Part shown: positions 40,677-56,031 of the stretch, piece by piece
Layout: every line of letters starts with the position of its first letter
How positions within the stretch are numbered: position 1 is the first letter of the stretch
Assembly (NCBI GenBank): GCA_951406725.2
Contig: OX597835.1
Location: 48,298,001 to 48,362,000 of the forward strand
Direction of reading: 5' to 3'
DNA from: Octopus vulgaris
Taxonomy: Eukaryota
Length of the DNA: 64,000 bases
Made by a program: the position numbers and the translations under genes
Notes under the pieces: generated by a model
What the model saw: only the letters and a program-made list of their open reading frames with translations
Databases searched by the model: none
Told to the model about the DNA's origin: nothing

Positions 40677-41918
40677 TATTTGGTCTCACAAATAACATAT
40701 TGAACTATATTACTGAAATGTTATGTAATAAAAGCTGGACAAAAAGCGGAATACAGAACCGGAATTTCAGTATTTTGCTGAATACGCTTCGATAAAACCT
40801 AATTATCTACTAGATATTTGCTAGTAACAAATTAATTAGGTGACATATAATGATACAGGATTGACGAAATATTGCATAATTCGTGTTCTGTCTGACATTT
40901 AATACACAGAGAATTATATCAATATTTTACAAATTTATGGATTGACATCTGATAAAAGAGATGCAATTGTTGCTTTATATGGAAATGAAGTCACATGCAG
41001 GAAGATAAGCAAAAAAACGTTTTGTGATTTAGGTGAGCACAACTCATTTAACAGATCAGTCTGAACTCACCAACAGATTCATTCTCCAAATTGATTGTAT
41101 GATTAGTACGATTAGTGTTACATCTCCATCTACAGAAAGCGATGCCATTTACATAAAGGAATGCCATCTGCAAATAGTAATGCCATAAATTGGCTCACGA
41201 ACAGAATAACACATCGAATGCAGAAAGACTCCTGCCTTATCACAAGATGGCCAGCGAAAAATATAAGGTTGTGACAGTAAAATAAAAAAAAATACAAAAT
41301 AAAAAAAACTCAGTTCATCTTCAATTTTACAATAAAAACTAATCTTATGAGTTTTCATTTCAAGTCATGTTTGATGACGAAGCATTTATTAAACGGTTCG
41401 TATCCAGGACTGTTTTCGTTTGTTGTCAATCAAACAAAGAATATTATTTTAGACATATAACAAAGTTCAAGAAATGTTCATTAATTGCATGCAGCCATTT
41501 CGCAAAGATAAGCGCTGTTATCTATATAATGCTGCAAGTTTCCTACTCATGTGATCATCTATAAATGCAGTCTATTCTAAAATATGGTGTATCATGACAT
41601 TCGCAAAACGCAGGAACGATTGGCTTTAAGTTAACAATATCGATCTAAAGAATCATTTGGCCAGGATTATCTCCTGAATTGAACCAAGTTTCATTCGTAT
41701 TTTATTATGAACTACAATCCTTGTTTTTCTCTACCTCACCATTTGTAGTCGAACAACTTATTTTTATCAATTTCTATTTAGTTTTGACCATAATCTCTGT
41801 ACATCGTAAATAAGGACGATCAAAGCACCTTCCACGATTCTGCTATAGAACGATTGACATAAAATTAGAAATGATCTGATGAGTTTCAATCAGTCGTTTC
41901 AGGAAATATATATCAACA

Positions 41919-42286
41919 CTAGCAGTATCGCCCGGCGTTGCTCGGGTTTGTAAGGGAAATAACTATAAAGCATTTTTAGAGTTATAGCCAAAAAAAGGAA
42001 AAAAAATGATGGTAAATTTTTTTTAGTTAAAAAGGTAAAGTTGCGTCCCCTAGACAGTCTGTGGTTTGTGTTTCTGATTCTCGACCCCATGTCGAATTTA
42101 TCGATTTTTTTCAGAACTGGGGGAACTTTTCAAAATTTTCGCTGCGTTAGTTTTGAATTATGACATTGGGCTATGTGTGTGTCAAGTTTCATCAGAATCG
42201 GTTGAAAGCCGTGGTCAGGGTGAGGGTACAACCTAACAGACACACAGAAACACACACAGACAAACTGCCGTTTATATATAGAGAGA
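41919..42286 (-). mobile_element. Non-autonomous Helitron
   Basis: Minus strand starts A|TCTCTCTATATATAAA and ends with the hairpin CCCGAGCAACGCCGGG followed by CTAG|T. Inserted in an A-T dinucleotide with no TSD. Confidence 0.82.
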
Positions 42287-42294
42287 TTTTTCTC

Positions 42295-42495
42295 AAATCT
42301 TGACAGCAGTTTTATGGCGGGGGACGGGTAGCTTAGTTATATCGATCCCAGTGTACAACTGGTATTTATTTTATCTAACCCGAAAGGATAAAGGACAAAG
42401 TCGACCACAGCGTAATTAGAACTCAGATCATAAGAACGTACGACCTGCCGTTAAACAGTTTGCCCGGCGTCAAAACGAATCCGCCATCTCGCCAT
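42295..42495 (-). mobile_element. Degenerate Nin/Deu-like SINE
   Basis: CTGGTATTTATTTTATC..CCCGAAAGGATAAAGG.CAAAGTCGACC core. Confidence 0.7.
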
Positions 42496-43524
42496 CTTAG
42501 AGACAAACACAGATATTAATATTATACACTATTTTAGCACCTTACTTTGGTTTCCTTGGTGATTTCGATTCTACAAAGAAGACAGATGAGGTTATTTCAT
42601 TACAAGGTGTTCATATTATTCGAAGCTGAAGCTTTTTCAGTCGCTGCATTTGGTTTCACGTTTCCGATTATTCAAACAAATGAAAAAGCAGAAAGCAGCG
42701 GGACAAATATTAAACCAAAAGAAACACAGCGATTCAGTTATGTTTCATTAACAACGATCTCTCTAAGAAATTGAAGTAAATTTTAAACCACTTAAACTTT
42801 TCGACCTCTTTGTAGGCTTTAGCGGACAGGATTTCACTAAACATCGATTGTTTGACATCGCTATTAATGCCAATCAATGAGCCGTAAACATAAAACCAGG
42901 TAACCGCTCGCTTTTTCGCTTTCCAGGATTATTATCAAACGAAGTCGCTCCCGCATAGGTGCACATGTGGTTTCAAAAGGTTAAAACTAATGTCTAATAG
43001 CTGGAAAAGTGGGCGTTCCGATCGCATATATATCAACTATACCTCTACTTTGGCGTTCCGATCGCATATACATCAACTTCTAATACTCCTGTGAATTCGT
43101 CTGCCCCTTGGCAGGACTATTGTCCTCACAATCGTATGATCGTAGTTCCGATTCTCGAACTGGTTGGTGCGTTGCATTTTTGATCAATGCCGTGTCATTT
43201 CCCGTTCAGTCCACTGAGTTCTAGCAAAAGACTATGAACTTAACCCTGAGAAGGACCAGCGTCCTGTTCTTTGGGAAGCGTTGTTATCTCACTTATACGC
43301 CAAGGAAATCGGCTTCACCTCCGTTTCCATAGCATATCAGCGACTCCTTATGAGGATAGGCGCTAAGCCTAAGTAATACTCCTGTTGAGCGATCGACTCT
43401 CATCTTAACATAACAGGCTTGAGTAATTAACTTCACAATTAATTGGGCAACAGAATCAACAACATTTACCAAATAAGAATTCTATCATGACAAGCTATAA
43501 TGAAATGAATAGAAAGGCGTCGAA

Positions 43525-43720
43525 GATGCAGAATCGTAAGCAAGCCAGGCAAAACGCGGTATTTTGTCCCTTTTTACGTTCTCCGTTCAAATTCCGCCAA
43601 GGCCGATTTACCTTTCATCCTTCCGGAGCCAATGAAAATACGTGCCAGCTATTCACTGGGGTCGACGTAATTGACTGAACCCCTTCCAGAAATTGCTGGC
43701 CTTGTGTCAAAATTTGAAAG
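43525..43720 (+). mobile_element. Degenerate Nin/Deu-like SINE
   Basis: GTTCAAATTCCGCC..CCTTTCATCCTTCCGG..GGGGTCGAC. Confidence 0.7.
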
Positions 43721-44203
43721 CAATATGAATAGTCGCAAGTCTTACGTTAAAGAAAAGAACCATTGGAGAGTCTGTTTAGCGTATTTCTCAAACAATACGC
43801 CACACTATATTTGGAAGGTCCTACACATAACAGAGTAGTAAAAATGCTCTACGTACGTCTGGTCACTGAGCTTGAACTCGTTCGGCAAAAAAACTGTGTT
43901 GTGGTCATATGAACCTTCATATATATATAACGATAATGGAAAAACGACTACGGAACATTAGAATGCAGACAGGCCATCAGATCTAGCATAAATTTTGAAA
44001 TCATTTTCCACAATAAAAGCGACAACTATGTTCTAATTACAGACAAGCTAAGAGTAAATGACTACACACAAACTCCGAGAAAAGCTAAGAAACATTTACA
44101 ATCCTTTATTAACCACAGAATAAAAGTATACACACATATTAGATTACAATATATATATGCATATACATACATGTATGCATATATATATATATATGTATGT
44201 ATG

Positions 44204-44319
<116 letters not shown>

Positions 44320-44410
44320 CGGAATGGTCATAAGTTTAGCCAATATGACCATGAAATATAACAATATCTGTTTCAACACACGACTTCACATAAAAATCTT
44401 GCACAACAAA

Positions 44411-44454
<44 letters not shown>

Positions 44455-44455
<1 letters not shown>

Positions 44456-44615
44456 CACATGTGGGTGTGTGGTAAGGAGCTTGCTTCCTAATGTCATGGT
44501 TCCGGATTCAGTCCCACTGCGTGACACCTTGGTCAGGTGTCTGCTACTATAGTTTCGGGCCGACTAAAGCCTTGGGAGTGGATTTGGTAGACGGAAACTG
44601 AAAGAAGCCTGTCGT
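44455..44615 (+). mobile_element. CORE-type SINE 5' half
   Basis: GGATTCAGTCCCACTGCGTGACACCTTGGTCAGGTGTC...GGAAACTGAAAGAAGCC. Confidence 0.8.
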
Positions 44616-45154
44616 ATATTTATATGAAATTTCGGGGTCATTTGATATTTCATTGATATTTAGCACCATGTTAGTGCTCAACAAGTTGTCTCATAATTTT
44701 AGATATTTCTATCACGATCGAACTCTTTCTCAAACATAGTATAGCGTGGACTACATTATCCAGAGTGTTCTTTTCCGTAAAAATGATAGTGTGATAGGAG
44801 GTAAGATGTGACTGTTCTTACTAGTAAATCGAAATAACAGATTGGTGATTCGGCGCCTGTCTCACGAAAAGAAAAGCAAGATGTTACTGGAAAGATAGAA
44901 GATAAACTAGGTGTGTGTGTGTGTGTGTGTTGCATTTATAAGGAAAGGGTGATAGCGACTTCGAAGTTTTGTCTTGCTACACGTCACAGTTTGGTAACGG
45001 CGAACAAGTCGATTCCTACACTCAGTGACAACCTTTTCTGTTGACGAGATAATTAATATATACTTTAAAAAAACGGTTATTGAGTAATCCTTTACTTTAA
45101 TGCCAAATTGGTTTTATATATAACATGGCATAATAAACAAACATACACACAAAT

Positions 45155-45250
<96 letters not shown>

Positions 45251-45755
45251 TTATATCTACATACATGTGTACATACCTATATACAAACAAACGCTCGTAC
45301 ACAGACTGTCATATATTCTTAATTGTAACGCAATTACCCCATCCACGCATCCTCCATCATTAAGTATATTACTGGTACATAATTAGTACAAATACGGTTG
45401 GCATGATGAAAGCCAAAGTCCAGTTCGCTGGGGAATTGAACTCTGAACTAAAATGATCAAAGGGAAAAAATTACCGTAATGCTTTTTAGTTCCACCATGC
45501 TTCTTTACTGCGGTCACCAATTCCGCTCTTGCTTCTAATATAATTATTCAACGCAAAACAAAACCTACAAAAAAAAAATAAATAAATAAATAAAAGATCT
45601 TTGAAGTTGTTGCTGTTGTTGTTGTTTTTAGTTCTGAAACAAAAATGTTATTAGTGTCTTGTATTTGTTTTATTTCACTATTATTTAATTTTTTTTTTTT
45701 TCGTTTTGTTTCTTTCTCTGTAAATTCATATTCTGTGTGTTAGAATAAAATATGG

Positions 45756-45791
<36 letters not shown>

Positions 45792-46411
45792 ACAGCAGTA
45801 GCAGCAGCAACAACAGCAACAGCAGCATAATGCCAGGAACTTCGATGAAGGAAGGTTGCTATTAAAACCAGAGATGTGATTGCAACGATGTCAACGTTTC
45901 CGCAAACAAACCGCACACAAACACCACACACAAAAAAAAACAACATCAAAATCTAAAACTCCCAAAACTTGCACACTAATACATCATACAATCACTCTTT
46001 CTCTTTCCCTCAATTTATCTTCTCTCTGTCTCTGTCTCTCCCTCTCTCTCTCTCTCACTCGAATTCACCCCCTCCCAGCTCTCAATTGCTCTATCTGTCT
46101 CACTCATATACACACAACAAAGAAATTAAAATGCAAATTATAATCAACAAAGGTTAATTTTAATTTTACTATCCTTGTTTGCTTGATTTTGTTGTTTATC
46201 ATATTTAAGTATTATTGTAATTATTAATTTTTTTTTGTTGGGGGGGGGGGCTTCTTTTATTCTTATTTTGAAAATATTTTTCATATTCATTTATTTTGCT
46301 GGTTCTTTCGTTTCGAAAACTCTTTAAAGATTAAAAATTCTGTTAATAGACTTTCCAGTGAATTTAAGAGAAAAATAAACAGGGAGGCGATGAATTAAAA
46401 GAACAATGTCA

Positions 46412-46573
46412 CGACTACTACTACTACTACTAATACTACTACTACTACTACTGCTGCTGATGCTGCTGCTACTGCTACTACTACTACAGCTACTACTACA
46501 GCTACTACTACTGCTGCTACTACTACTACTACTACTACTATTGCTACTACTACTACTACTACTACTACTACAG

Positions 46574-46643
<70 letters not shown>

Positions 46644-46747
46644 CACTATTACCAACATCACCACCACCACCATTACCGAGGCCGCTGCTACACAACAACA
46701 AAAACTACTACTACTACTACTACTACTACTATTACTACTATTACTAC

Positions 46748-46783
<36 letters not shown>

Positions 46784-46976
46784 AGCTGTTGATACCTTTA
46801 GCCCACTATTCAGGATAATAGTACTATAACAAATTATATTATTTGACTAAAGGTTAGTCATTAGGGGTATATTACAAAGATAGTGCACAATGTGTGGGAA
46901 ATTTATGTAAACGGCGAAGAGAAGAAACTAAGCGGAAGACAAGGAGCAACAACCGCAACAACAATAACAACAATGA

Positions 46977-47045
<69 letters not shown>

Positions 47046-47100
47046 CATCATCATTATCATTATTATTATTATTATTATCATCATTATTATTATTATTATG

Positions 47101-47144
<44 letters not shown>

Positions 47145-47190
47145 CATTATTATAACAACAACAACAATAATAATAATTAACAATAATAAT
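46412..47190. repeat. (CTA)n/(TAA)n/(ATT)n microsatellite block
   Basis: Directly visible. Confidence 0.9.
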
Positions 47191-47997
47191 AAACAAATTT
47201 GAATCCCAACAATAGTTGGGACGTTTAGGTCTCAAAGCAGAAACGGAAGGATGTTTAATGCAGCGCAAGATCAAAGCCTTCCCACCAGAAATCACCAGAA
47301 ATACATAATGAAGAAATAGACAAGTAAGTGCAGGATATGTGGTGATGGGGAAGAAGCGATAAACTCTTATCTCTGGCTGCCCATTCCTGGCTAACAAAGA
47401 ATATATCAAAGAATATATCAAGACATGACACAGTTGACACCTCACTGGAAACTTTGCCAACAGAATGGAATGAGAAGAGAAAAAAAGATGGTATAGGCAC
47501 AACCAGGAAAAGTTTCAGAAAATGGCAAAGCAACCATATTCTGGGATATGCCAATACACACGGATAGAGGAATCAAGACTAATAGACCGGATAAAGTGGT
47601 TAAAGATCATAAAAAAATGCCTTCTAATCGATGTATCGATCCTAACAGACGACAATGTATCTATAAGAGAAACAGAGAAACTCTCAAAATACAAATGTCT
47701 TGAAACAGAGACAACCCGAATGTGGGGCCCTAAAAACTGAAACAAACCCTATAATAATAGGTGCATCAGGTATTATTAAAAGAAAAAAAAACATACAAAT
47801 ACATAACCAAAACACCAGGACTTACGAATATATATAACGTACAGAAAATAGCATTACTAGGCACCTTATACATCCTACGTAAAACACTTTCAGTCCAGTG
47901 AAACCAAGAGCACCAAAACAAACCACAGCATATAGCCAAGGCACTTAGAGCTGCGCTCGGGAGTATAGTGAAAGCACGTGATAATAATAATAATAAT
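47190..47997 (+). mobile_element. R4/Dong-clade non-LTR retrotransposon, 5'-truncated (CCHC finger plus restriction-like endonuclease)
   Basis: Frameshifted translation GLKAETEG..AAQDQSLPTRN..KCRICGDGEE..SGCP.LA.KEY..RHD..ATIFWDMPIHTDR.IK.NRPD..LIDVSI..EKLSKYK.LE. Ends in (TAA)n and has TAA repeats upstream. Confidence 0.85.
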
Positions 47998-48210
47998 CCT
48001 TTCTACAAAAGATACAGGGCTGGAAATTTGCGGGGAGGGATTAAGTCGATTACATTGACCCCAGAGTTTCACTGGTACACAATTTATCGACCCTGAAAGG
48101 CTGAAAGGCAAAGTCGACCTATGTGGAATTTGAACTCTCAATGTAGCGACGAGCGAAATACCGCTGAGTATTTCGTCCAGCAGACTAACGATTCTGCTAG
48201 CTCACTGTCT
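47998..48210 (-). mobile_element. Nin/Deu-like tRNA SINE
   Basis: TTTATCGACCCTGAAAGGCTGAAAGGCAAAGTCGACC..GGAATTTGAACTC. Confidence 0.82.
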
Positions 48211-48214
48211 TAAT

Positions 48215-48328
<114 letters not shown>

Positions 48329-49184
48329 CCTTTTTAAGAATGATGATGGTGACGATGATGACGATGGTGACGATGAAGACGATGATGATGATGATGATGA
48401 TGATGACAGTGATGGTAGGAGTGGTGGAGAATATAATTATTATCAAGTTTGGGCAGGTATCTGTTAGGGTTGAGGTGTATCGATGTAGGGACCTCGCAAA
48501 CAAATACACGAAATCTTCACATGGCCACCGCCCGTGAGCTGAAATTAGTATCAATCAATATCTATCAATCAATTGCTACTAATCCTTTAAAAAGTCTTTG
48601 GAATTTCTCAGTGTTTATCAGAACATTTCTTTGAGTCTACCAAATATTAAAAGAGGAGGAGATCCTTGACTAAGAATGCCTATTATGGCAGCAATGTGCC
48701 TGTATGTGTGTGTGAGGGGTTAATTTGGATGTGTAGTTGGTTTGGCGGGTGAAGTGAGGGGCTGCACAACAAAAAGGAGAAGAGGAAAAGGGAACAGACC
48801 AGTTTCTTGTCATCAACATCATCATCAGCAGCAGCAGTAGTTGAAGCTGTAGTAGCAGCAGCAGTAGCAGCGGCACCACTTCCCTTTCATCATCCCATCG
48901 TTCATTAACATTCTTTATTAGCCTCACAATTATTGCAATCATAATCGGTGCCACCACCATCAGAGTCATTATCATCATCGTCATTGACATCAGGACAATT
49001 AAAGCCTACGGACATACGCGCACAGAAAGGTCTGCCACGTAGACTGTGTTTTTGTGTGTCGTCATGTATGTATACATGTATTTATATATATGCACATGCA
49101 TGCATACATTCATATGCATTACGTATACACACGCACACAGACACACAAACACATATATAAACAATAACAACAGGTGGATTGTGG

Positions 49185-49266
49185 TTCACTACAGCTGTTT
49201 CAGACATTTTTCATTGATGGACAGAAATTTTGCATCATGCAAAGCAAAATATTTTCATCGGGTGAA
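49185..49266 (-). ncRNA. Type I hammerhead-like motif, CCGATGA core variant, long stem II
   Basis: Minus strand: TTCAC-CCGATGA-(about 53 nt with AAATATTTT/AAAATGTCT and TTTGCA/TGCAAA helices)-GAAA-CAGCT-GTA-GTGAA. Perfect stem I; palindromic stem III ACAGCTGT. Confidence 0.7.
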
Positions 49267-49797
49267 TATAGGTAAGAGTTAGCCATTAGAACTTCTCAAG
49301 AACAAATACATAGCACCAGATGACTTGGCCCACCCGACAGAACTTGGCACGATGTACTTGTTCTTGCGGAGTTCTAATAGCTAATTCTTACCTGAATTTA
49401 CCGAATCAAATTATTTTTTTATGTTGCATAAATGTAACACTTCCGTTCATCAATAAAACACGTCCATTAAAAAAAAACAATTTTTTTAACATGCTAGTCG
49501 CAATAAGACGCCAGATACGTCTTATATGTCGAAATGAGTATTTGAACACATGCGACCTCACAGTGCACTATCGGCAAGTTGCAAGCATGTCCGCAACATC
49601 TGACTAAGAGACTCAAATCTTAAAGAATTGGAATGAAACCAAAAGTGGCGTTAACCAGCGCTCTGTAAAGTATTCTTAATCCATGAACCACATTTTTTAC
49701 GTTTTTCGAGCATGCATGTGCATAAGTTTATTTGTGTAAATGGTTGTCTACCTATAAATACATGTGCATATTTCTATGTGCTTATGTACATGCCAGC

Positions 49798-49919
<122 letters not shown>

Positions 49920-49966
49920 TATATTAAGTGACAGATATATAGATGTATATAGATAGACAGACAGAC

Positions 49967-50042
<76 letters not shown>

Positions 50043-50686
50043 GAAATCATGTTCATATATGTGCCCATACAAGTGTCGATAATTTTAATGTTAAAATTTA
50101 AAAGTAAATTTGTGGAAAATACAAGCGACTGATAGCATTTTGTCACTTATGGAGAACTGATTTAAATGTTGCCAAAAATAATAGAATATTCACTGATATG
50201 TGACACCCTGAATTTGGTATCCCACATATTTTGTTGGGACAATCAATATTACCTGGACAATACTAGCTGAAAAGCATTCAGGATTTTGTCTGAGTGATGT
50301 AAACAATGTCTTACTGAAAAACATCACATAATTCGTCACCCAATTGCTATCTTAAACAAAAGATCTGCCAAATCAGGCCCAATATTCTTCCAATATTTCT
50401 TAAGAAAGAGCATAGTGACACCCGAAAAATTGTAGTTGAAGTCAGGTACAACAAGGTGCGGACTGAAAAGTGGCTTCAGCCGTATCTAAACCATTCAAAG
50501 ATGATCAGCAAAGAGGCTAATTCCATGAAACTCTTGGGTCCGAGTGTGCTACATATTTATTCCATTTCGTAAGAATTTTCTACACAAGAGGGTAAGGGTT
50601 CTTAATTGGTCCTTCTGCATATTTAGGTCATCTTCTGTTTATACACTGCCTTTTTTGATCAACACCTCAATCTTTCTCTGTCTTTT

Positions 50687-50735
<49 letters not shown>

Positions 50736-51079
50736 CACACACATACATGCACAAAACCCTTCGTTTCTCTTTCTGCCTATCCGCTCTGCTCCACATTATA
50801 GCTACACACACACACACGTACATATACCTTCACGACAGTAAAAAAAATTAATAACTTGAAATTTTAATACACGACTAAAAGATCTGGCGGAGTTGCTCTA
50901 ATAATTTCAATAAAAACAAACAGTAATCAGGAAAAAAAAAATACTGAATCATTAAACAACTAAAAATATTGATCAAATAAAATTTTTCTTCGATTTTTCT
51001 CTTCGTTTTTGTTTGGTTTTTGTATTTTACTTTTTCTCTCCATTTTGCTTTCTTTTTCTGTCTCTTCCTCCTTCCTACA

Positions 51080-51132
<53 letters not shown>

Positions 51133-51429
51133 TCTCTCTCTCTCTCGCTTTCTCTCTCTCCCTTTCTCCCTCTCTCTCTCTCTTACTCTCTCCCTCATCT
51201 AAATTCATAGCTTGCTTTGATTAATTCTGTTTGAACAATTGATGGTTTGATAATTACTAAGGATTATTATTAATCTATTTAACCAAAACAAGAAAAAATA
51301 TTCGTCAAAGAAAAACAAGTGTAATAAATAAAGAACAACAACAACAACACCAGAAACGCTAACAATTTATTGACAAATGCAATTTATTGCGTTTTATCAA
51401 ATTTGCTTTTTCTTTCAATTTACTATGTA

Positions 51430-51713
51430 AAACATCATCACCATCGTTACCTTCGTCGCTATCGCCGTCATCATTATCCTCCTCATCATCATCATCATCA
51501 TCGTCATCATCGTCGTCATCATCGTCATCATCATCATCATCATCATCGTCGTCGTCGTCGTCGTCATCATTATCATCATCATCATCGACATCATCATTAT
51601 CATCGTCATCGTCGTCATCATCGTCGTCATCAACGTCATCATCGTTTTCATCTTCTTCGTCTTTTTCTTCTTCTTCGTCTTCTTCTTCTTCTTCCTCCTC
51701 TCTTCTTCTTCTT

Positions 51714-51797
<84 letters not shown>

Positions 51798-51942
51798 ATA
51801 ATTATTAATACTATCAGCATGTATGTTTGCATCAAATTCGTATATTGTAATATTTTCCTCTAGTTTATTACAGTTTCCTGGCTAAGCATCACCCCACCAA
51901 AAAAAAAAACATACATGCATATATGCATAAATATACATATAC

Positions 51943-52017
<75 letters not shown>

Positions 52018-52778
52018 TATAATTATATATATACATGCATATCTTGTTCCGTTTCTCTTAATGCTATTTTCATGTTTATTTTTATTGCTTCTTTTTTTTA
52101 TTCAATTTGGTCGTTTTTCTTTCTTGCTTTGTTTTTTTTACGCTTTTTGTTATATTTTATTTTAATAATTTTCATTCCTTTTTTTAATATTTTTTCCATT
52201 TCGTATTTTAATTCGTCTTTTTGTTGTTTATTCTTTGTGGTTGATTCATTTGTCTTTTCTTATTTTCATTTTTGTTTCTGTTAGAAATTAAGGTTTTAAG
52301 AATATGAAATTTTTAAAGCAATTTGAATATTTTTCCCGTATTTTTTCTTCTCAAATTTTCTTTTTTTCTTTCCTTTTCTCTCTCTCTCTCTATTTTTTTC
52401 TTTGCTTCGTACATTTTGAGTGTTATCGTTGTTGTTATCATTGTTGTTATTGTTGCTAGTATTTTAGAGTTTAGGCTTGTAAATAAATATTCTAAAGCTG
52501 GAAACAAAGCAAAACAAAAATAAAACAAAAGACATTTAAATGTTTATCCTAATGTAGTAAAAAGCAAGCACACAAACACACACAAAAAACTCATTCAAAT
52601 AAGGTTGAATTAAAATAATGCAAATTTATTTATGCATCGTTGTAATTCAGTTAACGAAGTTGACCACATACGTAAGCAGCCATCAGTAGTTGAGTGTTTA
52701 CGACGATATCATTAGTATCATTGTTGTTGTTGCTGTTGTAGCTGCTGTTGTTGCGGGATTTTGTTGCTATTATTATTA

Positions 52779-52833
<55 letters not shown>

Positions 52834-53186
52834 TAATATTATTATGGTTGTTGTTGTTGTTGTTATTATTGTTATTATTATTATTATTGTAGTTGTTGTT
52901 GTTGATGTTGTTATTATTATTGCTATTATTATTATTACTATTGTTGTTGTTGTTGTTATTATTATTGTTATTACTATTATCATTATTATTATTATTATTA
53001 CTATTATTATTATTACTATTATTACTATTACTATTATCATGGTAACTTTTATTTCTATTATTGTTGTTGTTATCATGGTTAATTACTACCACAACTACAG
53101 TGGCACTCACGAAATAGCAGAGATGATGATGATCGTCATGATCATGATCATGATGACGGTGACGACGATGATGATGATGATGACGA

Positions 53187-53252
<66 letters not shown>

Positions 53253-53470
53253 CGACAACTATGATGATAATGATATTCTATAATAATATTGATTGTAAGG
53301 GAGCTGAAGACGACGATGGTGATGATGGTGACGGCGACGACGACGACGATGACAATAACGATAACGACGATGATGATGATGACGAAGAAGACTATTATGA
53401 TGACGATGATGATGATGATGAAGCGATTGACGAAGTTGATGATGATATTGATGATGATGATGAAAACGAA
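51430..53470. repeat. Trinucleotide microsatellite blocks (CAT/CGT/CTT/ATT/GTT/GAT)n with interspersed (TA)n and T-rich sequence
   Basis: Directly visible. Confidence 0.88.
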
Positions 53471-53789
53471 GAGGAATAGGTGGATGATGGTGACATGAAG
53501 GAGGTGGAGGATGTTGATGAAAATGGAGGTTATAACGTTGACAGTTACAAGGATGACGGAAGACCCAATGCGCATAAACTGCCATTAGATGTTCCAGTGA
53601 TTCGAGTCGCGTGTAGAAGCCAAGACAGTGTGACCTTAATTAATTAACGAAAACATGGCACCATAATACCACACCTTTATTCGATCGCAAGTCGACATTT
53701 TGCCATCTAAACTTCTTACTCTTAGTTTCTTACTCTTACTTCTTAGCTTTGTGGCAAAAAAAAAACACACACACACAATTCGGTTTTGG

Positions 53790-54458
53790 CAGACGATAAT
53801 GAGTTCGTCGAACCCAGAGTAAAGAGCAAGACTTTTAAGCAACACTACACTCGACGGTTCCAGATGAATTGCGGGACAGAATGCAGGATGGATTTCAGTG
53901 CCTACCTCGACAGCCTGCCGTAACTCTCAGCAAGTGAGGATGGCTGTTGCCAAAAGCCGATAGCAGAAATACGGGAAATGATGATTGTCGATACGGGAAG
54001 CAAATCGCCGGATTAGGATGGTCTGCACGACGAAGATTACATTTATATGCAAAAACTTGCTGGAGGTACCTTGGCAGATATCTAGAGCAACTGGCAGCAG
54101 AACCGGAGAATTCCCCGTTCTGTAAATCAGTGGTACTACTTAGCAAGGGAAAATAGAAGGGAGTCATATTGATAATTTTTGGCCCATCACTCTGTCACAC
54201 GTAAATTTCAAAATTTTGGTCAAGGCGTAGGTAAAAATGTTGGCGCTTTGCTTTTCGTCGGTGGTCTTAATATGTGCCCGTAGATCGAGGGAGAATGATA
54301 AGGGGCAAGTAGTGGTCCAAATAATCAAGGCAACGGGAGATTTGTGGTGTTTCTGCGAACAGTGCTGGAACCCTCCCCATATTATTTGAAGCTTTTGTAA
54401 TGTAGCGTCCTGTGTCTTCCTTGTTCTTTGTGTAAGCCCTTAGTGATTAGAAAGAAAT
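53790..54458 (+). mobile_element. L1/Tx1 LINE remnant (pre-RT/RT N-terminus joined to a 3' UTR)
   Basis: MDFSAYLDSLP*LS..KSPD*DGL..NWQQNRRIP..IDNFWPITLSHVNFKILVKA. Ends GTAAGCCCTTAGTGATTAGAAAGAAAT. Confidence 0.75.
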
Positions 54459-55311
54459 TGTCACTATTGTTATTGGTATTATTCTCTTAACTCAGGATTT
54501 CTTAGAACTCCTGCAATCATGGCTATGTAGCAGGGTTGCTACCTGCATCCAATGACCTTCGAAGAGATCCTTATATATAGCCAAGGGAAATAACCCATTC
54601 ATTTACCTAAATTATTTGGTATAAATAAAATCGAGTATGCTTATTTCTTGCTATTTGAACTGTTGGAGTTATTTTTGCAATTTATCCAGTACAACCCTTA
54701 AACAAGTAAATAGTATTTTCCTAAACAATAGATGCACTTGTTTCGTTTAGTGACTTATTCACGAATATACCAACACTAGTGCCGCTGGGGGGGGGGGATA
54801 TTCTCTGGCAACACACAAAAGCCCTTTTCAGAGTTATTTACTTTGAATTGTTATTATCTCATATCTAATTAGCCTGTTATTACGTAACATACTTCATAAT
54901 TTTAGTATACATACCTTATTAGTATTTCCTCCAAAGTTCTATATACTCTGGGAACATATTAAAGCCTTTTTCGGGGCTACTTTATTTGAATTCTTACCAT
55001 CAAGTAACTAATTTCATGTTATTACATAACTGACTTCACAATTTGGGTATTCATAACTTATTTGGAATTCCTAAAAACAAGATCCTGTATAAGACAGTTC
55101 GGTATTCTCTGTAAATGCGCAAAAACCATTTTAGGGGCTATATAATTTGTATTGTTGTTATTGGATTCGCAAAATAATTATGAGAACGGAACCAAGGGAT
55201 AAGCCCCGCTTTGTCTGGAATTACCGGGTACGTCAGCCACTATATATATACATACATATATATACATATATATATATGTATGTATATATATATGTATGTA
55301 TGCATTGTCGA

Positions 55312-55324
<13 letters not shown>

Positions 55325-55348
<24 letters not shown>

Positions 55349-55457
55349 ACATATATATATATGTGTATAAATATCTATATATGTATGTATATCTATATAT
55401 GTGTATAAATATCTATATCTATATCTATATCTATCTATCTGTCTACCTCTCTCTCCC

Positions 55458-55517
<60 letters not shown>

Positions 55518-55613
55518 TATATATATATATGTGTATAAATATCTATATATGTATGTATATCTATATATGTGTATAAATATCTATATCTATATCTATATCT
55601 ATCTATCTGTCTA

Positions 55614-55662
<49 letters not shown>
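55325..55662. repeat. Local tandem duplication (about 170 bp) of a compound microsatellite
   Basis: GTACATATATATATATGTGTATAAATATCTATATATGTATGTATATC...CTATCTGTCTA occurs twice. Confidence 0.8.
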
Positions 55663-55668
<6 letters not shown>

Positions 55669-56031
55669 CATGTCACAAACAAATACGCACACAACTCGTT
55701 CTGGCAATTTTATCTCCAGATTCACCATGAATTTTGTCGACGGCATCAATGTCACTCAGACCTCCATCATGATCGCCATTACAATACCATAATATAATCC
55801 TTTCTGTTGTTCAGATACAAGTCCGACAAGTTGCAGAAAAATAATGTTAGGTTGTTAGACCGACTCTAGTACTTGATTGCTACGATATTTAGTGAACGTG
55901 GAAGAATGAAAGGTAATTTCGGCCTTGGCGAGATTTGAACTCAGAACGTAAACAGGCGGAACAAATACGGCAAAGTATCATGTTCGACATGCTAATGATT
56001 CTCAATTGTTATCAGAGTCGTGAGACCAGTA

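Noticed and set aside
43012-43078. 27-bp direct repeat GGCGTTCCGATCGCATATA.ATCAACT x2
   Set aside because: Simple local duplication with no further structure.
54286-54308. Resemblance to miR-184 (GGAGAA.TGATAAGGG)
   Set aside because: Seed mismatch, no hairpin, and it lies in a LINE 3' UTR.
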